The notes beneath the pieces were generated by a model. That model was not told the origin of the DNA. It did no database searches and saw only the letters and a list, made by a program, of their open reading frames with translations. The position numbers and the translations under genes were made by a program. 64,000 bases of DNA, from positions 14,183 to 78,182 of the IMG/VR virus record IMGVR_UViG_3300042691_019533. One strand, given 5' to 3'. The stretch is from a virus. Within the stretch, counting starts at the first letter, position 1. The number at the start of each line of letters is the position of its first letter. Below are positions 38,365-49,353 of the stretch, one piece after another.

Positions 38365-38970
38365 ATGAAATATCCATTAATTGGAATATCGGGAGCAGCC
38401 AGATCAGGAAAAGATACTTTATGCAGAGCTTTAATTAGATTTTTTAAAACTAAAGAAATAAACTCTCGAAGAGTTTCTATAGCTGGAGATATAATTAAAA
38501 ATGATTTAAAAAATTTAATATTCAAAAAGATAGGATTAGATACATTTACTGAACATACAAATGATAAAAAAATACTAAGACCGCTTCTAGTGGAGTATGG
38601 AAAACTAATGAGAACGAGTAGTGAAGGAAGATATTTTATAGATAAATTTCAAGAAAAAGATAATATAATAACTATTATACCAGATATAAGATATGCAGAA
38701 TTTAAAAATGATGAATTAGATTGGATTAAAAACGAGAATAATGGATTTTTAATTTTTATAAATCACGAATATATTAAAGATGCTAATATAACAGAAAAAG
38801 TTAACAATAAAATTATTAAAAAACAATCAGATTTTAAATTAAAATGGTCAACATTAAACGAAAAAAATCCAATAGATATGCAAAAAATAAATGATATAGC
38901 AGAAAAAATTGGAAGTTTATATCTTAATAATTACCATTTACCAATCGGACAAACCGATGCCTTTAAATAA
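38365..38970 (+). CDS. Deoxynucleoside monophosphate kinase (T4 gp1-like)
   Basis: IGISGAARSGKDT, RPLLVEYG, IPDIRY..NE. Confidence 0.82.
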   Translation: MKYPLIGISGAARSGKDTLCRALIRFFKTKEINSRRVSIAGDIIKNDLKNLIFKKIGLDTFTEHTNDKKILRPLLVEYGKLMRTSSEGRYFIDKFQEKDNIITIIPDIRYAEFKNDELDWIKNENNGFLIFINHEYIKDANITEKVNNKIIKKQSDFKLKWSTLNEKNPIDMQKINDIAEKIGSLYLNNYHLPIGQTDAFK

Positions 38971-39239
38971 GTTTTTATAGCCATGTTACAACCACATTTT
39001 GAACATTTCTGAGAATCTTTTATAAAGAACTCACAAGAATTACATATATTTTTTCTACTTTCTATTTCAGAATTTTCAGATGTAATGGGATTACCTTCAG
39101 AAAAGCTTTTTACGTTTTTTATAAGATCTGATCCTAAATTTTTTGCCATCTGAAATGGAGAAGGTAACCTCTTATTAGAGGATTCTAATGTTCTAATTTT
39201 ATTTTGCTGTATCATTTTTCTAAGATTATTTTTATCCAT
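38931..39239 (-). CDS. Small Cys-rich metal-binding protein
   Basis: RKNICNSCEF..CSKCGC..K..CPIGKW; TAAATA box 7 nt upstream. Confidence 0.75.
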   Translation of the reverse strand: MDKNNLRKMIQQNKIRTLESSNKRLPSPFQMAKNLGSDLIKNVKSFSEGNPITSENSEIESRKNICNSCEFFIKDSQKCSKCGCNMAIKTYLKASVCPIGKW

Positions 39240-39254
39240 ATTAATATATTTAAA

Positions 39255-40844
39255 CTAATAGTTTTTATCTTCAATATCCCAAAGCTTAGAAAAAGTATCA
39301 ATTTTATTTGCTACCACTTCTGTTTTATAATCATTTTTTGTAAAAAGATGAGTTACAGAAGTTATTAACCATTGACCCAAAAACCTATCATTAAATGGAT
39401 TTAAATCTCCAGAATTTATACTATCAACAAATATAAACTTTCCGGGTGTTCGGCACGTTAATCCTTTTTGCTGAAAAGACAACGTTTGATTTAAAAATAA
39501 AAAATCTCTAATCATTTGAATTGATGGTACATTTTCATCTATATAAGGATCAGCTGAAAATTTATTATTAATCATTAACCCGCTTGATTTTGTTTTATTT
39601 ATATTTGTTAATATATGAGGTTTATTATTAACATTTTGAGGTGTAAAATTATATAAAGTTGCTTTTGACATTTCTTCAATTTTTTTTATGGTATTTTGTA
39701 TTGAATTTGGTTCAAAAACTATATTAAATTGTCCATTTATAGTATCAAAATAATGTAATGGAGAATTTATCATTCTACTAGTATCGTCTACTGGAGCCAT
39801 AGGAGAAAATTTATAATTTGAAATTCTAGAATATCCAGATATTAAATTATTTCCTTCTTCTTCATCTTTATTTTCATCTAAATACGCTCTAGGTACATAT
39901 GGTAATATATTGTCGTTATTAGCAGAATTTTCATCCAATATAAGTCTTTCTATTTGTTTATTAGAATTTTCTAATATTTCAGTTAATGAAATTAATTCAA
40001 AATATTTATTTACACTACTTCTTCCAAATTCTAAAAATACAGGATCATTATTATCACCAACGCAACGTGAAAGTAAAAAATTTATATCATCGATTACGTT
40101 AAATTGCGCAGGAGAAACATAAAATTTATTTACTGCATCTTTTGGTCCTAGATTCCAATTATAAATATCTCCAAGTTTTATATTAGGTTTATCTATACTT
40201 GATTCTTCAGTAAACCCTACCGTTATTGATTTTTCATTATTCTGAGAAGCAAACTTTATTAATTCAAATAATGCAACATTTGCACTTAAATTTCGAAGGG
40301 ACTCATCTCTTTCTATATCTTCTCTTTTTATTGTGGTTCCTTCCATGTTTAAAGCGGCATACGTAGTAGACCATTCTATATTTTTTTCTAAAAATATTTG
40401 ATATCTCTCATCTACAAAATAATATCTTTTTAATTTATTTTGCATATTATCGGAAGGGAGATCTTCTACATCATATATAACTAAATCATAAGACATTTCC
40501 CATTTTAATTTATCTTTAAATTCATCATCATTTTCATCTACTGGTATTATTCTTATGTGAATTTTATTTCTACCATCATTTCTATCTATATATAGATGTT
40601 TTGTTTTTTTATTATTATTATTTAAAAAATCTCTTTGTGTTATTTCAAACGTATTATTTAAGACGATATTTCCAGTAACCCACCAATTAATTAATGTTTC
40701 GTTTATAGTTAAAGAATCAACTATAAAAGCTGGAATTGGAACTGGATCCTCTATTAAATTATAAAAATATATTTCAATAATATATTTTTCATTATTTATT
40801 TGATGTGCAAAAAAACTTTTGTCTAATTTTTTCTTATCAGCCAT
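39255..40844 (-). CDS. Baseplate hub protein (gp27-like)
   Basis: SLTINETL near the N-terminus; RTPGKFI..GQWLITSVTHLF..YKTEVVANK at the C-terminus. Confidence 0.65.
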   Translation of the reverse strand: MADKKKLDKSFFAHQINNEKYIIEIYFYNLIEDPVPIPAFIVDSLTINETLINWWVTGNIVLNNTFEITQRDFLNNNNKKTKHLYIDRNDGRNKIHIRIIPVDENDDEFKDKLKWEMSYDLVIYDVEDLPSDNMQNKLKRYYFVDERYQIFLEKNIEWSTTYAALNMEGTTIKREDIERDESLRNLSANVALFELIKFASQNNEKSITVGFTEESSIDKPNIKLGDIYNWNLGPKDAVNKFYVSPAQFNVIDDINFLLSRCVGDNNDPVFLEFGRSSVNKYFELISLTEILENSNKQIERLILDENSANNDNILPYVPRAYLDENKDEEEGNNLISGYSRISNYKFSPMAPVDDTSRMINSPLHYFDTINGQFNIVFEPNSIQNTIKKIEEMSKATLYNFTPQNVNNKPHILTNINKTKSSGLMINNKFSADPYIDENVPSIQMIRDFLFLNQTLSFQQKGLTCRTPGKFIFVDSINSGDLNPFNDRFLGQWLITSVTHLFTKNDYKTEVVANKIDTFSKLWDIEDKNY

Positions 40845-40845
40845 A

Positions 40846-41454
40846 TTAACAATTTCTAGAAGAACTATTTATTAACATATCTATATGCAATTGATTAAAT
40901 GAAAAAGTAGCGTTACACGTAATCTCGTTTCCTTCTTGATTTGAAAAAATAATTTCACTTAAAGATGTAGGGAAAACATCTTTATAATTAAAACTTATTA
41001 TTTTATTATTATATTCATCCAATCCAAATATAGAAAATCTAGTAGTAAAATCTGACATAGGAGATGTTATGTTTGGTATCTCATCTCTTAGTATCGGAAC
41101 GTTTGTAGCGTGAGTTAACTCACTACCACCTTCTTTATAATCATTAAATAAATTTAACCAATTCCAAATTAACCAGTAGTTATAATAAGAATTATCAATT
41201 AAAAATTTTACAGTTAATGGGTTATATGCTGGTCTACTTAAACTAGATGCTTTATATACTTGTCCACCATATGGTATATCAAGATCTGGAATTTTTACGT
41301 CTGGAACTGGAGAACCATATATTGTTATCTGTAAAGGATCTACTAAAAATTTACCTTTAAAATCATTATCATATTTATTTTTTAATGCTTTTGGTATATC
41401 TATAATTAATAGATATTTATCATTTCTGGATCTATTCAATGATGATTGATACAT
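40846..41454 (-). CDS. Tail tube terminator/completion protein (gp3-like)
   Basis: YNPLTVKFLID..NYWLIWNWL, FPTSLSEI, CNATFSF tube-fold pattern. Confidence 0.7.
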   Translation of the reverse strand: MYQSSLNRSRNDKYLLIIDIPKALKNKYDNDFKGKFLVDPLQITIYGSPVPDVKIPDLDIPYGGQVYKASSLSRPAYNPLTVKFLIDNSYYNYWLIWNWLNLFNDYKEGGSELTHATNVPILRDEIPNITSPMSDFTTRFSIFGLDEYNNKIISFNYKDVFPTSLSEIIFSNQEGNEITCNATFSFNQLHIDMLINSSSRNC

Positions 41455-41456
41455 AA

Positions 41457-43313
41457 TTAAAAAACAATAGGATAAAAAGTTTCACTTATATTTACTTTTT
41501 CTTCACTTGGTTTTATGTCTGTTTGCTTATGTTTATCTCCCCATTTTAATAACCAAGACATTAATTCGTTAGAATCTTCTGTAGTTGGTGCTTCAGGATT
41601 AAATTTTCCAACGTGGGAATAATTAGTGTTAACTTGAGTATTAGTTTTTTTAAAAGAAGTTGTTTTACCTTCAAATAATGGACTTTTTTTAATTAATTCT
41701 GAATTATCAGTTAATGGTGTAATTTTTAAAGGTCTACCTTGATCATCGACATCTCCAATTATATAATATTTTTCAGCAACAGAAGGATCTAATATAAATA
41801 AAGCCCAAATCATTGACATTACTCTATCGTCTCTATCAGTATCTTTTCTTTTACTAAAAGTAAAATTCGGAAGTTTAACAAACGTTTCAAGTTCTAATAA
41901 GGTATCTAAATCATTATAATTTACTGCATTTAAACTATTCGACCAATATCTAAAATTTACAACTCCTTTATATTTTGTATTAGTATGATTATAAATACCT
42001 AATCTATTTTCTTTATTGTAAAATTTACTACCTTGTATATCGTATGAAACGATAGATTCATAATTGTGAGTATGATGTAATACATCCAATACTTGTTGTC
42101 CATTATTATTATTCTCAACCAATACAGGTGGTCTACCCCAATCTTCTAAAATACCCATTAATCTAGTTCCAAAATGATAAGGACTTATTGAGTTAGATGC
42201 GAATACTGCAACTTGTTCTATTTTAGTTAAATCCTGTATGTTTAATATTTGAGCAACTGTATTACTTCTTCCTATTCCTTCTCCAACATCCACTCCAACT
42301 ACATACACACCATCTGGAGATGGAGTAGAATATATCTTATAATATCCATCATCCATTACGTATATAGGATCTCGACATTGCGATTGTAATGATTTTAAAA
42401 GATCAGCATCTATAGCAGTTTTACCCGGTTCATGGAATTTATTACAATATTCTTGTTCAAAATCATCCATGTTATTATTCAATAGACTTAAAGTTTCCTT
42501 TTTCCATTCTTCATCTCTACCGGGAACATCATACCAATTAACAGTTTCTAAATGCCAAGAACTTTTTTCTTTTTGAGATTCTTTATATAATTCATAGAAT
42601 TTATTGTCAGTTCCATTTGGAGTCGATATAACTACAATTTGTGATTTTTTAGATGATGAAATAATTGGGATAGCAGATTTCCAAAGTTCTTGCATGACTT
42701 CATTTGGACAATGTGCCATCTCATCAATAATTAAAAGATTTGATGTACTTCCTCTAGGACCAGAAGAAGAAGAAGTACTGACTTTTATTTCTGAATCATT
42801 TCCAAGTTGAAACCCGTCTTTTCTCCAAGACTTAACACTAGGCTTCATCCATACTGGGAGTTCTTCAAACGACATTCTTATTCTTGAAAATATTTCTTTT
42901 GCGGTTGATTCTTTGTTAGCTACAATAGTTATTCTCTTATCGGCTTGAAAACAAACCATCCATAAAGCATAAATAGTTATCGTTGTAGTTTTTCCAGATT
43001 GTCTACTCGAAAGGATAATATTAAACCTATTATCTCTAAACGCTCTTAATAATTTTTTTTGATATTTATATAGCTCTATTTTTTTCTTTCCATCATCTAT
43101 TGTATTTATAAAGAAATAATTCTCAGCAAAATGTAATATATTTTTTGCGCATTTTTCAAACTCCTCTATTAACTCTGGAGTCCATTTAATTTGTGCTTCA
43201 TTTTTTAATAAATTTTCATTTCCTTTATAATAAGAAGCATCAACTACAATATCCTTCTCATCTATTTTTGAAAAATCAATTCTATTATTTTCTTCTTTTT
43301 TCTTTCTTCCCAT
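41457..43313 (-). CDS. gp17: Terminase large subunit (gp17)
   Basis: SRQSGKTT, IIDEMAH, ISTPNG, FEQEY, GVDVGEG, VENNNNG, DDRVMS. Confidence 0.95.
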   Translation of the reverse strand: MGRKKKEENNRIDFSKIDEKDIVVDASYYKGNENLLKNEAQIKWTPELIEEFEKCAKNILHFAENYFFINTIDDGKKKIELYKYQKKLLRAFRDNRFNIILSSRQSGKTTTITIYALWMVCFQADKRITIVANKESTAKEIFSRIRMSFEELPVWMKPSVKSWRKDGFQLGNDSEIKVSTSSSSGPRGSTSNLLIIDEMAHCPNEVMQELWKSAIPIISSSKKSQIVVISTPNGTDNKFYELYKESQKEKSSWHLETVNWYDVPGRDEEWKKETLSLLNNNMDDFEQEYCNKFHEPGKTAIDADLLKSLQSQCRDPIYVMDDGYYKIYSTPSPDGVYVVGVDVGEGIGRSNTVAQILNIQDLTKIEQVAVFASNSISPYHFGTRLMGILEDWGRPPVLVENNNNGQQVLDVLHHTHNYESIVSYDIQGSKFYNKENRLGIYNHTNTKYKGVVNFRYWSNSLNAVNYNDLDTLLELETFVKLPNFTFSKRKDTDRDDRVMSMIWALFILDPSVAEKYYIIGDVDDQGRPLKITPLTDNSELIKKSPLFEGKTTSFKKTNTQVNTNYSHVGKFNPEAPTTEDSNELMSWLLKWGDKHKQTDIKPSEEKVNISETFYPIVF

Positions 43314-43317
43314 GATA

Positions 43318-43327
43318 TAAATATTTA
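43318..43327. promoter_or_regulatory. Palindromic bidirectional late promoter TAAATATTTA
   Basis: Perfect palindrome giving TAAATA on both strands in the 22-bp gap between divergent genes. Confidence 0.55.
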
Positions 43328-43335
43328 GTAGTAAA

Positions 43336-43734
43336 ATGAAAAAAATAAATGATTCTCAAGAATTTAAAAAAATTAAAAACGGAGATTCGATATATAAATA
43401 TGCATCAACTTGGTTAATATATAAAACTGATATTATAAATAAAAAAAGTATTTGGAATAAAATACAAAACATTTTTAAAATCATACAAAGTAATAATGAA
43501 TTCAACGCGTTAACCGCAGAACAAATAGATAAATTTTTCTTCAAAAGACCGGAAATAGATTTTGAAATTAATTTTTTTTCAGATTTAATGTCTAAATGTT
43601 TAGTTTTTAAATATAAAAATAAAATATATTGTTACACTTATAGTTTATTAAAAAGAAAAAACGGAAGAAAAATTTTCGTTAGATTTTATTTTGATTATGA
43701 AAAATTTATAAATGAATTTGAAATTAATTATTAA
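43336..43734 (+). CDS. Hypothetical protein, opposite strand within the tail block
   Basis: 132-aa ORF fills the gap exactly. Confidence 0.6.
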   Translation: MKKINDSQEFKKIKNGDSIYKYASTWLIYKTDIINKKSIWNKIQNIFKIIQSNNEFNALTAEQIDKFFFKRPEIDFEINFFSDLMSKCLVFKYKNKIYCYTYSLLKRKNGRKIFVRFYFDYEKFINEFEINY

Positions 43735-44083
43735 ATTGTCTATTTAATTCATTAATTATAAACCATATATATTCAGATTTTAAAAGTTTCAACTTAGTAC
43801 CCGGATTTGGTATTTTAGTCGCATCTTTAATATTATTATATTCGCAAACTATCCACCACAAATCAATTGTATTATAATATTTATAAGATATATATAACCA
43901 TGTATCTTTTGGTTTAACTATATATTCTTCTTCTATAGATGTATCATTAGCAGGAATTATATTTATATTTTTTAAAAGATTATAAAATTTAAATTTATTA
44001 TCGTCTTCATATAAATTGAAAAATCTTTCATATCTATATATAGACATATTTTTTATATTTGGATTTTCTATTTTATTACTCAT
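43724..44083 (-). CDS. Baseplate wedge protein (gp53/LysM-like)
   Basis: YIVKPKDTWLYISYKYYNTIDLWWIVCEYNNI..PGTKLKL. Confidence 0.8.
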   Translation of the reverse strand: MSNKIENPNIKNMSIYRYERFFNLYEDDNKFKFYNLLKNINIIPANDTSIEEEYIVKPKDTWLYISYKYYNTIDLWWIVCEYNNIKDATKIPNPGTKLKLLKSEYIWFIINELNRQFNN

Positions 44084-45232
44084 TTATTCTATTTGGATAG
44101 GTTCAGTTTGCGTGGGTGCGTTTGGATTATAATTTCTTGGAGGTAATGTTCCGGACACATCGCCTTGTATCGGAACCCTTCGTCGATCGGATTCATCGAA
44201 AGCTTGTTGTGCTGCTGAATTATCGGTTTGTGGTGCAGTAGAATTTTTATCTTTAGCTTCTCCTCTAACAGAACTGGAACCAGAGTTTGAAGTTACTTTT
44301 ATTTTATCTCCACCCATAGCCCCTAAAAAAATATTTGCGCTTTGTGGTAGTAATTCAGTAAAAGATATTGTTACTTTGTATGCTTCTGGAATCAAAGCGT
44401 TATCTATTCCATATTTTTTAAGTTCGGAAACTCTTCTTGTTGTTCCTATACTTTCAACTTTTAAATCTGAAACATAAGCAACTGGCATATATATACCACC
44501 TATTGCTTTAGCATCAACCGTATAAATTTTTGGAGGTATATACGTCATAATAGAAGTTCTATTTTTTAAATTTTGATATGTAAAAACATTTATAAAACTT
44601 AAATTTGTATATATATCTTCTATATCACCAGTATTATATAACGGAAAAGTAATAGGTAATGTTTGTCTTGCAGTATTATCGAATTTAAATAATTCTTCTA
44701 AACCCCAACCGGGACTTAAATATCCCATTCCAGTATTTATTCCAATTCCAACTAAAGAAGAAATTAATCCACCATCATTATTATTAGAACTGTCTTTTTT
44801 ATTACCGGAAGACACTAAATTATTAATAGCTTCATTTACTCCACTTTGAACTGAACTCCATTGATTTTGTACTTGCCTTATAGTATTTCCATTGGATACT
44901 AAATAAGGAAATACATAATTAAATCCGGTTGGTTCAGATTTGTATAATTGAGAATATATATCCAATCCTTCATTCGAAAATAAATTTTTACCTTGCTCTA
45001 ATAAAGTTAAAATTGAATTCGTAAAAACGCTATATGAGAGTTCTCTTTCTTGAGCATATATAGCTGGAACTTCTTCTGCCTTACCCCAATTTTTCCATTT
45101 AAAATTATTTAAAATATCTATAACTGAAGATTTTGAACTCAGTTTGATATAAGAACCTGATATATTAAGTTTTCCGAACTTAATACTTTTAGAAAAAGTT
45201 CCCGCAAATTTATTAGATGCTATTCCATTCAT
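44084..45232 (-). CDS. Baseplate tail-tube cap (gp48-like)
   Basis: ITFPLYN, PPKIYTV, YVSDLKVE, PEAYKVTISFTEL. Confidence 0.6.
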   Translation of the reverse strand: MNGIASNKFAGTFSKSIKFGKLNISGSYIKLSSKSSVIDILNNFKWKNWGKAEEVPAIYAQERELSYSVFTNSILTLLEQGKNLFSNEGLDIYSQLYKSEPTGFNYVFPYLVSNGNTIRQVQNQWSSVQSGVNEAINNLVSSGNKKDSSNNNDGGLISSLVGIGINTGMGYLSPGWGLEELFKFDNTARQTLPITFPLYNTGDIEDIYTNLSFINVFTYQNLKNRTSIMTYIPPKIYTVDAKAIGGIYMPVAYVSDLKVESIGTTRRVSELKKYGIDNALIPEAYKVTISFTELLPQSANIFLGAMGGDKIKVTSNSGSSSVRGEAKDKNSTAPQTDNSAAQQAFDESDRRRVPIQGDVSGTLPPRNYNPNAPTQTEPIQIE

Positions 45233-45233
45233 A

Positions 45234-47522
45234 TTATACTACTTTTAGTTGGTTTGCCGATGAATAATAATTCATTCTATTTATCCAATTACTATCTCTT
45301 ACTGGAGACATTAAATATTCTTTGTTTGAATTCCCAGATTGAGTTACTGTGGAATTATTTACAACAACAGAAGATTGATTATTTTGATTTTTTATTAAAA
45401 CAGATAATTTACTGTCAACGCTAGACATGACATCAAAAAGATTTTTTAATCCTTTATCTAAAAATCCATTTGGTTTAGCACTAAAAGTTACATCTTCTGG
45501 ATTTGTAGATTTTACAGTTTTACCATTAAAAATTTTAACTTCTCCTCTTTCTTCATTATCATCAACCTTTTCTTCTGGCCATTCGAGTTGTCCGCCTCGT
45601 GGATTTATTTTCCCGCTTTCATCGTATTTCGGAATAATTCTAGGAGTTGGTTCTTTTGGGCGATTTTTAAAATCTTCATCTAATTTTTTAGCGCGGTCCA
45701 ATTCAGCTTGTACTCTCTCCTGACCTCTTTTTGTTGCTTTTTCTCCGCTTTCTTGTGCATAGGTATCTTGAAGTTTTTCTAGTTCTTTTTGTCTTTTATT
45801 TAAAAATTCTAAATCTTTTTCGGCTTGCATTCTATCCGAATCGAGTACGCCACCAGAATTTAATTGTTCTGTTTTTTTGCGCATTAAATGTTTATTCTCA
45901 AAAATTTTATTTTTTAAATCTTTGCTAGATTCTATAGCTGGTATTTCTTCTACAGCAGAATCTATTCCAAAGAAAGGAGCAACAATAGATTTTAACCAAT
46001 CAGGCATACCAGAAATTATTTTCTTACCTAATGCTTTATATAAATTACCGAATGTTATTTTTTTATTTCCGCGAGAATCTGTAGATACTCCTTGTTCATA
46101 AAAAGGTAATAAAAATGAAGATAAAATGGAAAACGGAGTTCCTTCCATAGCTTTTAATGAGCTTATAACATCTCCCGCATTACCACCTGACATCATAGCA
46201 TAAGAAAATTTAACATACGCTTCTGCTCCTTTAACTATAGAACCAATTAAAGGTATTTCTTTTATAAAGTTATAAATTGCTGGTCCTATATTTTTTAATA
46301 TATTTAATTTACTTTTTTGTTGTTCTTCTGGTGTTTTACCTTCTGCTTTATAATCTAAAAAACCATTTAATACTGCCGCACCAATAGAAAGTCCTATTCC
46401 TAAAGGTGCTAGAGGACTAAACTGTAAAAGGCTGCCTATACCACCAACTACGTCTATTAAAGATCCTATATAATCTCCTTTTGTATATCTATCATAAGCA
46501 AAATAAAAACTAATTAGTGCGCCTATTCCCGGAGCAGCTTTTAATGCTACTAATCCTAAACCTCTAAATAAATTTCCAGCTATACTAGGTAGTAATGTTT
46601 TAATTCCTACTTTTGAAGCTGCTTCAGCCCCGCTTCCTATTACTGCACCAACTCCACCTTTAAAAAATATACTTAATGATGTTTCTAAGAAGTTACCAAA
46701 AGTTTTAGAAACAATACCAAAAAGACTCAATCCACTAGTAGTAAAAAATTTACCTATTCCTTCTACTATACCCATAAATTTATCTAAAAAATCAAGTTTA
46801 GTCCCAAAAAAATCTTCTAACCAAGGTTTTACATTATCACTCCAATTAGCAGCTAATAAAGTAGCTCCAACACCACCTAATAATATAGTAGTTAGAGTAC
46901 CAAGAAGACCATCAAAAAAACCACTACCCGTTCTTTTATCTAAAATAATATTATTATCTTTAGAAATCTCTTCTGCTTTATTATTTTTTTCTACTACTTT
47001 ATTTAAATATGTATCAAATAATCCGTCTACATATGAAGACGTTTCTTCTGAAAATTTTATAGTAGTTGTTTTTTCACCTAAAGTTTTCTGCTCACTTAAA
47101 TTTTCATCCTTTTTAGTTGTAGAACTTTCTTTAATATTAGAAGTATTTTCATCGTTTTTAACTGTTGAAGTTTCTCTAAGATTAGAGATTGAAGATAGGT
47201 TGCTTAAATCATCTATATCTTTATTTGCTTTTTTTAAAGATTGTTTTAGTTTTGATTTATAATCTTGTAAATCTTTTTTTAATTCATCTACGTTTCTAAC
47301 TGTTTTTGATAATCCTAAAGGATCAAAAATTCTTTTAATATCTTCTGTTTCTAAAGATCTTAATTCCTTTTCAAATTTATTTAAGAATTTAGATTTAAAC
47401 GTTTTTCTTAAATCATTTAAATAAGTTTCATCTTGCCCAAAAAAGATTTGATTAATAAATGATTTTGCATCTACCGTTCCGTTAAATTCTAATTTAGATA
47501 AAACTTCTAAAATATCAGACAT
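45234..47522 (-). CDS. Tape measure protein
   Basis: 762 aa, coiled-coil ends and Gly/Ala-rich hydrophobic centre; lies between gp26-like and gp48-like genes. Confidence 0.7.
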   Translation of the reverse strand: MSDILEVLSKLEFNGTVDAKSFINQIFFGQDETYLNDLRKTFKSKFLNKFEKELRSLETEDIKRIFDPLGLSKTVRNVDELKKDLQDYKSKLKQSLKKANKDIDDLSNLSSISNLRETSTVKNDENTSNIKESSTTKKDENLSEQKTLGEKTTTIKFSEETSSYVDGLFDTYLNKVVEKNNKAEEISKDNNIILDKRTGSGFFDGLLGTLTTILLGGVGATLLAANWSDNVKPWLEDFFGTKLDFLDKFMGIVEGIGKFFTTSGLSLFGIVSKTFGNFLETSLSIFFKGGVGAVIGSGAEAASKVGIKTLLPSIAGNLFRGLGLVALKAAPGIGALISFYFAYDRYTKGDYIGSLIDVVGGIGSLLQFSPLAPLGIGLSIGAAVLNGFLDYKAEGKTPEEQQKSKLNILKNIGPAIYNFIKEIPLIGSIVKGAEAYVKFSYAMMSGGNAGDVISSLKAMEGTPFSILSSFLLPFYEQGVSTDSRGNKKITFGNLYKALGKKIISGMPDWLKSIVAPFFGIDSAVEEIPAIESSKDLKNKIFENKHLMRKKTEQLNSGGVLDSDRMQAEKDLEFLNKRQKELEKLQDTYAQESGEKATKRGQERVQAELDRAKKLDEDFKNRPKEPTPRIIPKYDESGKINPRGGQLEWPEEKVDDNEERGEVKIFNGKTVKSTNPEDVTFSAKPNGFLDKGLKNLFDVMSSVDSKLSVLIKNQNNQSSVVVNNSTVTQSGNSNKEYLMSPVRDSNWINRMNYYSSANQLKVV

Positions 47523-47530
47523 ATATTATA

Positions 47531-47536
47531 TACTTA
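47531..47536 (-). promoter_or_regulatory. Late promoter box TAAGTA
   Basis: ATAAGTATATAATATATG, identical to the element upstream of the tube gene. Confidence 0.65.
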
Positions 47537-47559
47537 TATGTCTTAATCTTTTTTGATTA

Positions 47560-48372
47560 TCAATTCAAAAACAATAAGCTGTCAATGTTTATTATTTTTG
47601 AATAGTCTTCAAACTCAACCTTTAATATATCATCCGATAATGTTTTCCATTTAGAAACATTTTCTAATATTTTTTGCATTATATTACTAGGTAATTTTTC
47701 TATTATTTGAACCTTTTGTTTTGGAATCAAAGCCATAAAAGATATTTCCTTATCACAAATCCAAATTTCATTTATATATTTTGTGGTTTCTGAAATAAAT
47801 GCTTCAGTAATAATATCTTGAACATCCTCTTGAGTTTTAACTTGGTCTGCTTTTTTATTATTTTTAGTAAATTCTTTATCAAATTCTAATTCAGTTTTTA
47901 TAGTAGGATATTTTAATAATATTTTTATACTATTTTTTTCATTTTTAACTTCTACTATTTCATCTTTTGGAATATTGCATATTTTAAACTTTTCTAAAAT
48001 TTCATTCAAATCAAAAGATTTATTTATTTTATTTTTAGAATCAAATACAATATTTAAAGTTTCAGATATTTGTCTTCTTAATGTTATGGCTATAGACGCT
48101 TTATCTAATATATAAAGATTGTCTATAAAATTTTCTTCTACGTCGTCTATTATATTATTTTTTAAAATTTCATAAAACGAATTAGTAAATCCCGTATTAT
48201 ATACAGAATTATCTATAGCAACTCCCAATAATTTTTTTTGTTGCTTTGCATCCATTTCTTTAAATTTTATTGTTTTTTGTTTTGATGGTATCCAAACATC
48301 AACAGTAAAACTTTCAGATACAGAATTTACTAGATTTAATGCTTCATTAAAATTAATTATATTATCGTTCAT
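47560..48372 (-). CDS. Baseplate hub assembly protein (gp26-like)
   Basis: IPSKQKTIKFKEM..QQKKLL, LYILD, LKYPT. Confidence 0.65.
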   Translation of the reverse strand: MNDNIINFNEALNLVNSVSESFTVDVWIPSKQKTIKFKEMDAKQQKKLLGVAIDNSVYNTGFTNSFYEILKNNIIDDVEENFIDNLYILDKASIAITLRRQISETLNIVFDSKNKINKSFDLNEILEKFKICNIPKDEIVEVKNEKNSIKILLKYPTIKTELEFDKEFTKNNKKADQVKTQEDVQDIITEAFISETTKYINEIWICDKEISFMALIPKQKVQIIEKLPSNIMQKILENVSKWKTLSDDILKVEFEDYSKIINIDSLLFLN

Positions 48373-48377
48373 TTTTA

Positions 48378-49346
48378 TTATTTATTTGACATTTCGTTGA
48401 ATTCAATCGCTAAATCTTCTAATGACTTATTGTTACCAACTTGTGATTCTTCAGAATTATTAGATTTATTATTTTCACTTATTATAGAAAAATATATTTT
48501 TCTTTCGTTTGGAGACATATTTAATATATAAGACGCATCCATTCCACTTCCGGATAATGTGTATATTTCTTTATATATAGATTTTATATCAAATGAGAAA
48601 AATATTTTAATAAACATTATAAAATTTAAATTGTAAAAATTAAATTTATAATCTTTAAAAAAATCTATAGATAAAAAATCTTGATCTATTAATAAGTTTG
48701 ATATTTCTAAAATTTTATTTTCTATTTTATTTACAACTCTAGATGTTAATGAGTTTAAAACTTCTTTTTTTTCTTCTATTGAAAAATTTTTAAATGAAAT
48801 TTTATTATTATTTATTTCTATAAAATCTATAAATTCATACATTATTTCATTTATAAAATTATAATTTAAATTACTTTTATTTAAAGCATTAAAAAATAAT
48901 TCTATAGAACTTATAGATGGCCATTTTAAAAAAACTTTAAAGTTTTTTTCTTCTATTATATTATTTTTAGTGCTAAAAATATATTCATTAAAATCCAATA
49001 ATTTCTTTATAAAATTATTTAGATTTAAAATTATTTTTTTCTTAGAAAAATTCTCATCATCCTGATTTATAGTCAATTCTAAAATATTACCATTACTAAT
49101 ACATCTTAATTTTGTCATAAATAAAACATATTCAATAATATCTATAGTTTTAAAATCTTCATAATTTTTAACACAATTAGATATTACATCTAACGTTGAT
49201 AGATAAAATTCATACAAATCAGAATGAGAAGTTTGTAACGTTAAATTAACTTTAGATAAATATATTTGTTGTTCCGTAGTAATTTCTTTAAATTTTAAAT
49301 TTATATTACTATAAGGAAGATATAGTATATGATCAAAATATATCAT
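48378..49346 (-). CDS. Baseplate hub assembly protein (gp26-like with gp51-like C-terminus)
   Basis: LP..LKFKEIT, KLRCISNGN, LKWPS; YILNMSPNERKIY tail. Confidence 0.62.
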   Translation of the reverse strand: MIYFDHILYLPYSNINLKFKEITTEQQIYLSKVNLTLQTSHSDLYEFYLSTLDVISNCVKNYEDFKTIDIIEYVLFMTKLRCISNGNILELTINQDDENFSKKKIILNLNNFIKKLLDFNEYIFSTKNNIIEEKNFKVFLKWPSISSIELFFNALNKSNLNYNFINEIMYEFIDFIEINNNKISFKNFSIEEKKEVLNSLTSRVVNKIENKILEISNLLIDQDFLSIDFFKDYKFNFYNLNFIMFIKIFFSFDIKSIYKEIYTLSGSGMDASYILNMSPNERKIYFSIISENNKSNNSEESQVGNNKSLEDLAIEFNEMSNK

Positions 49347-49353
49347 TAACTAA

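Noticed and set aside
21774-43313. Inteins or introns in the polymerase, helicase, UvsX or terminase
   Set aside because: Lengths are normal and motifs contiguous; no intein splice-junction or homing-endonuclease insertions seen
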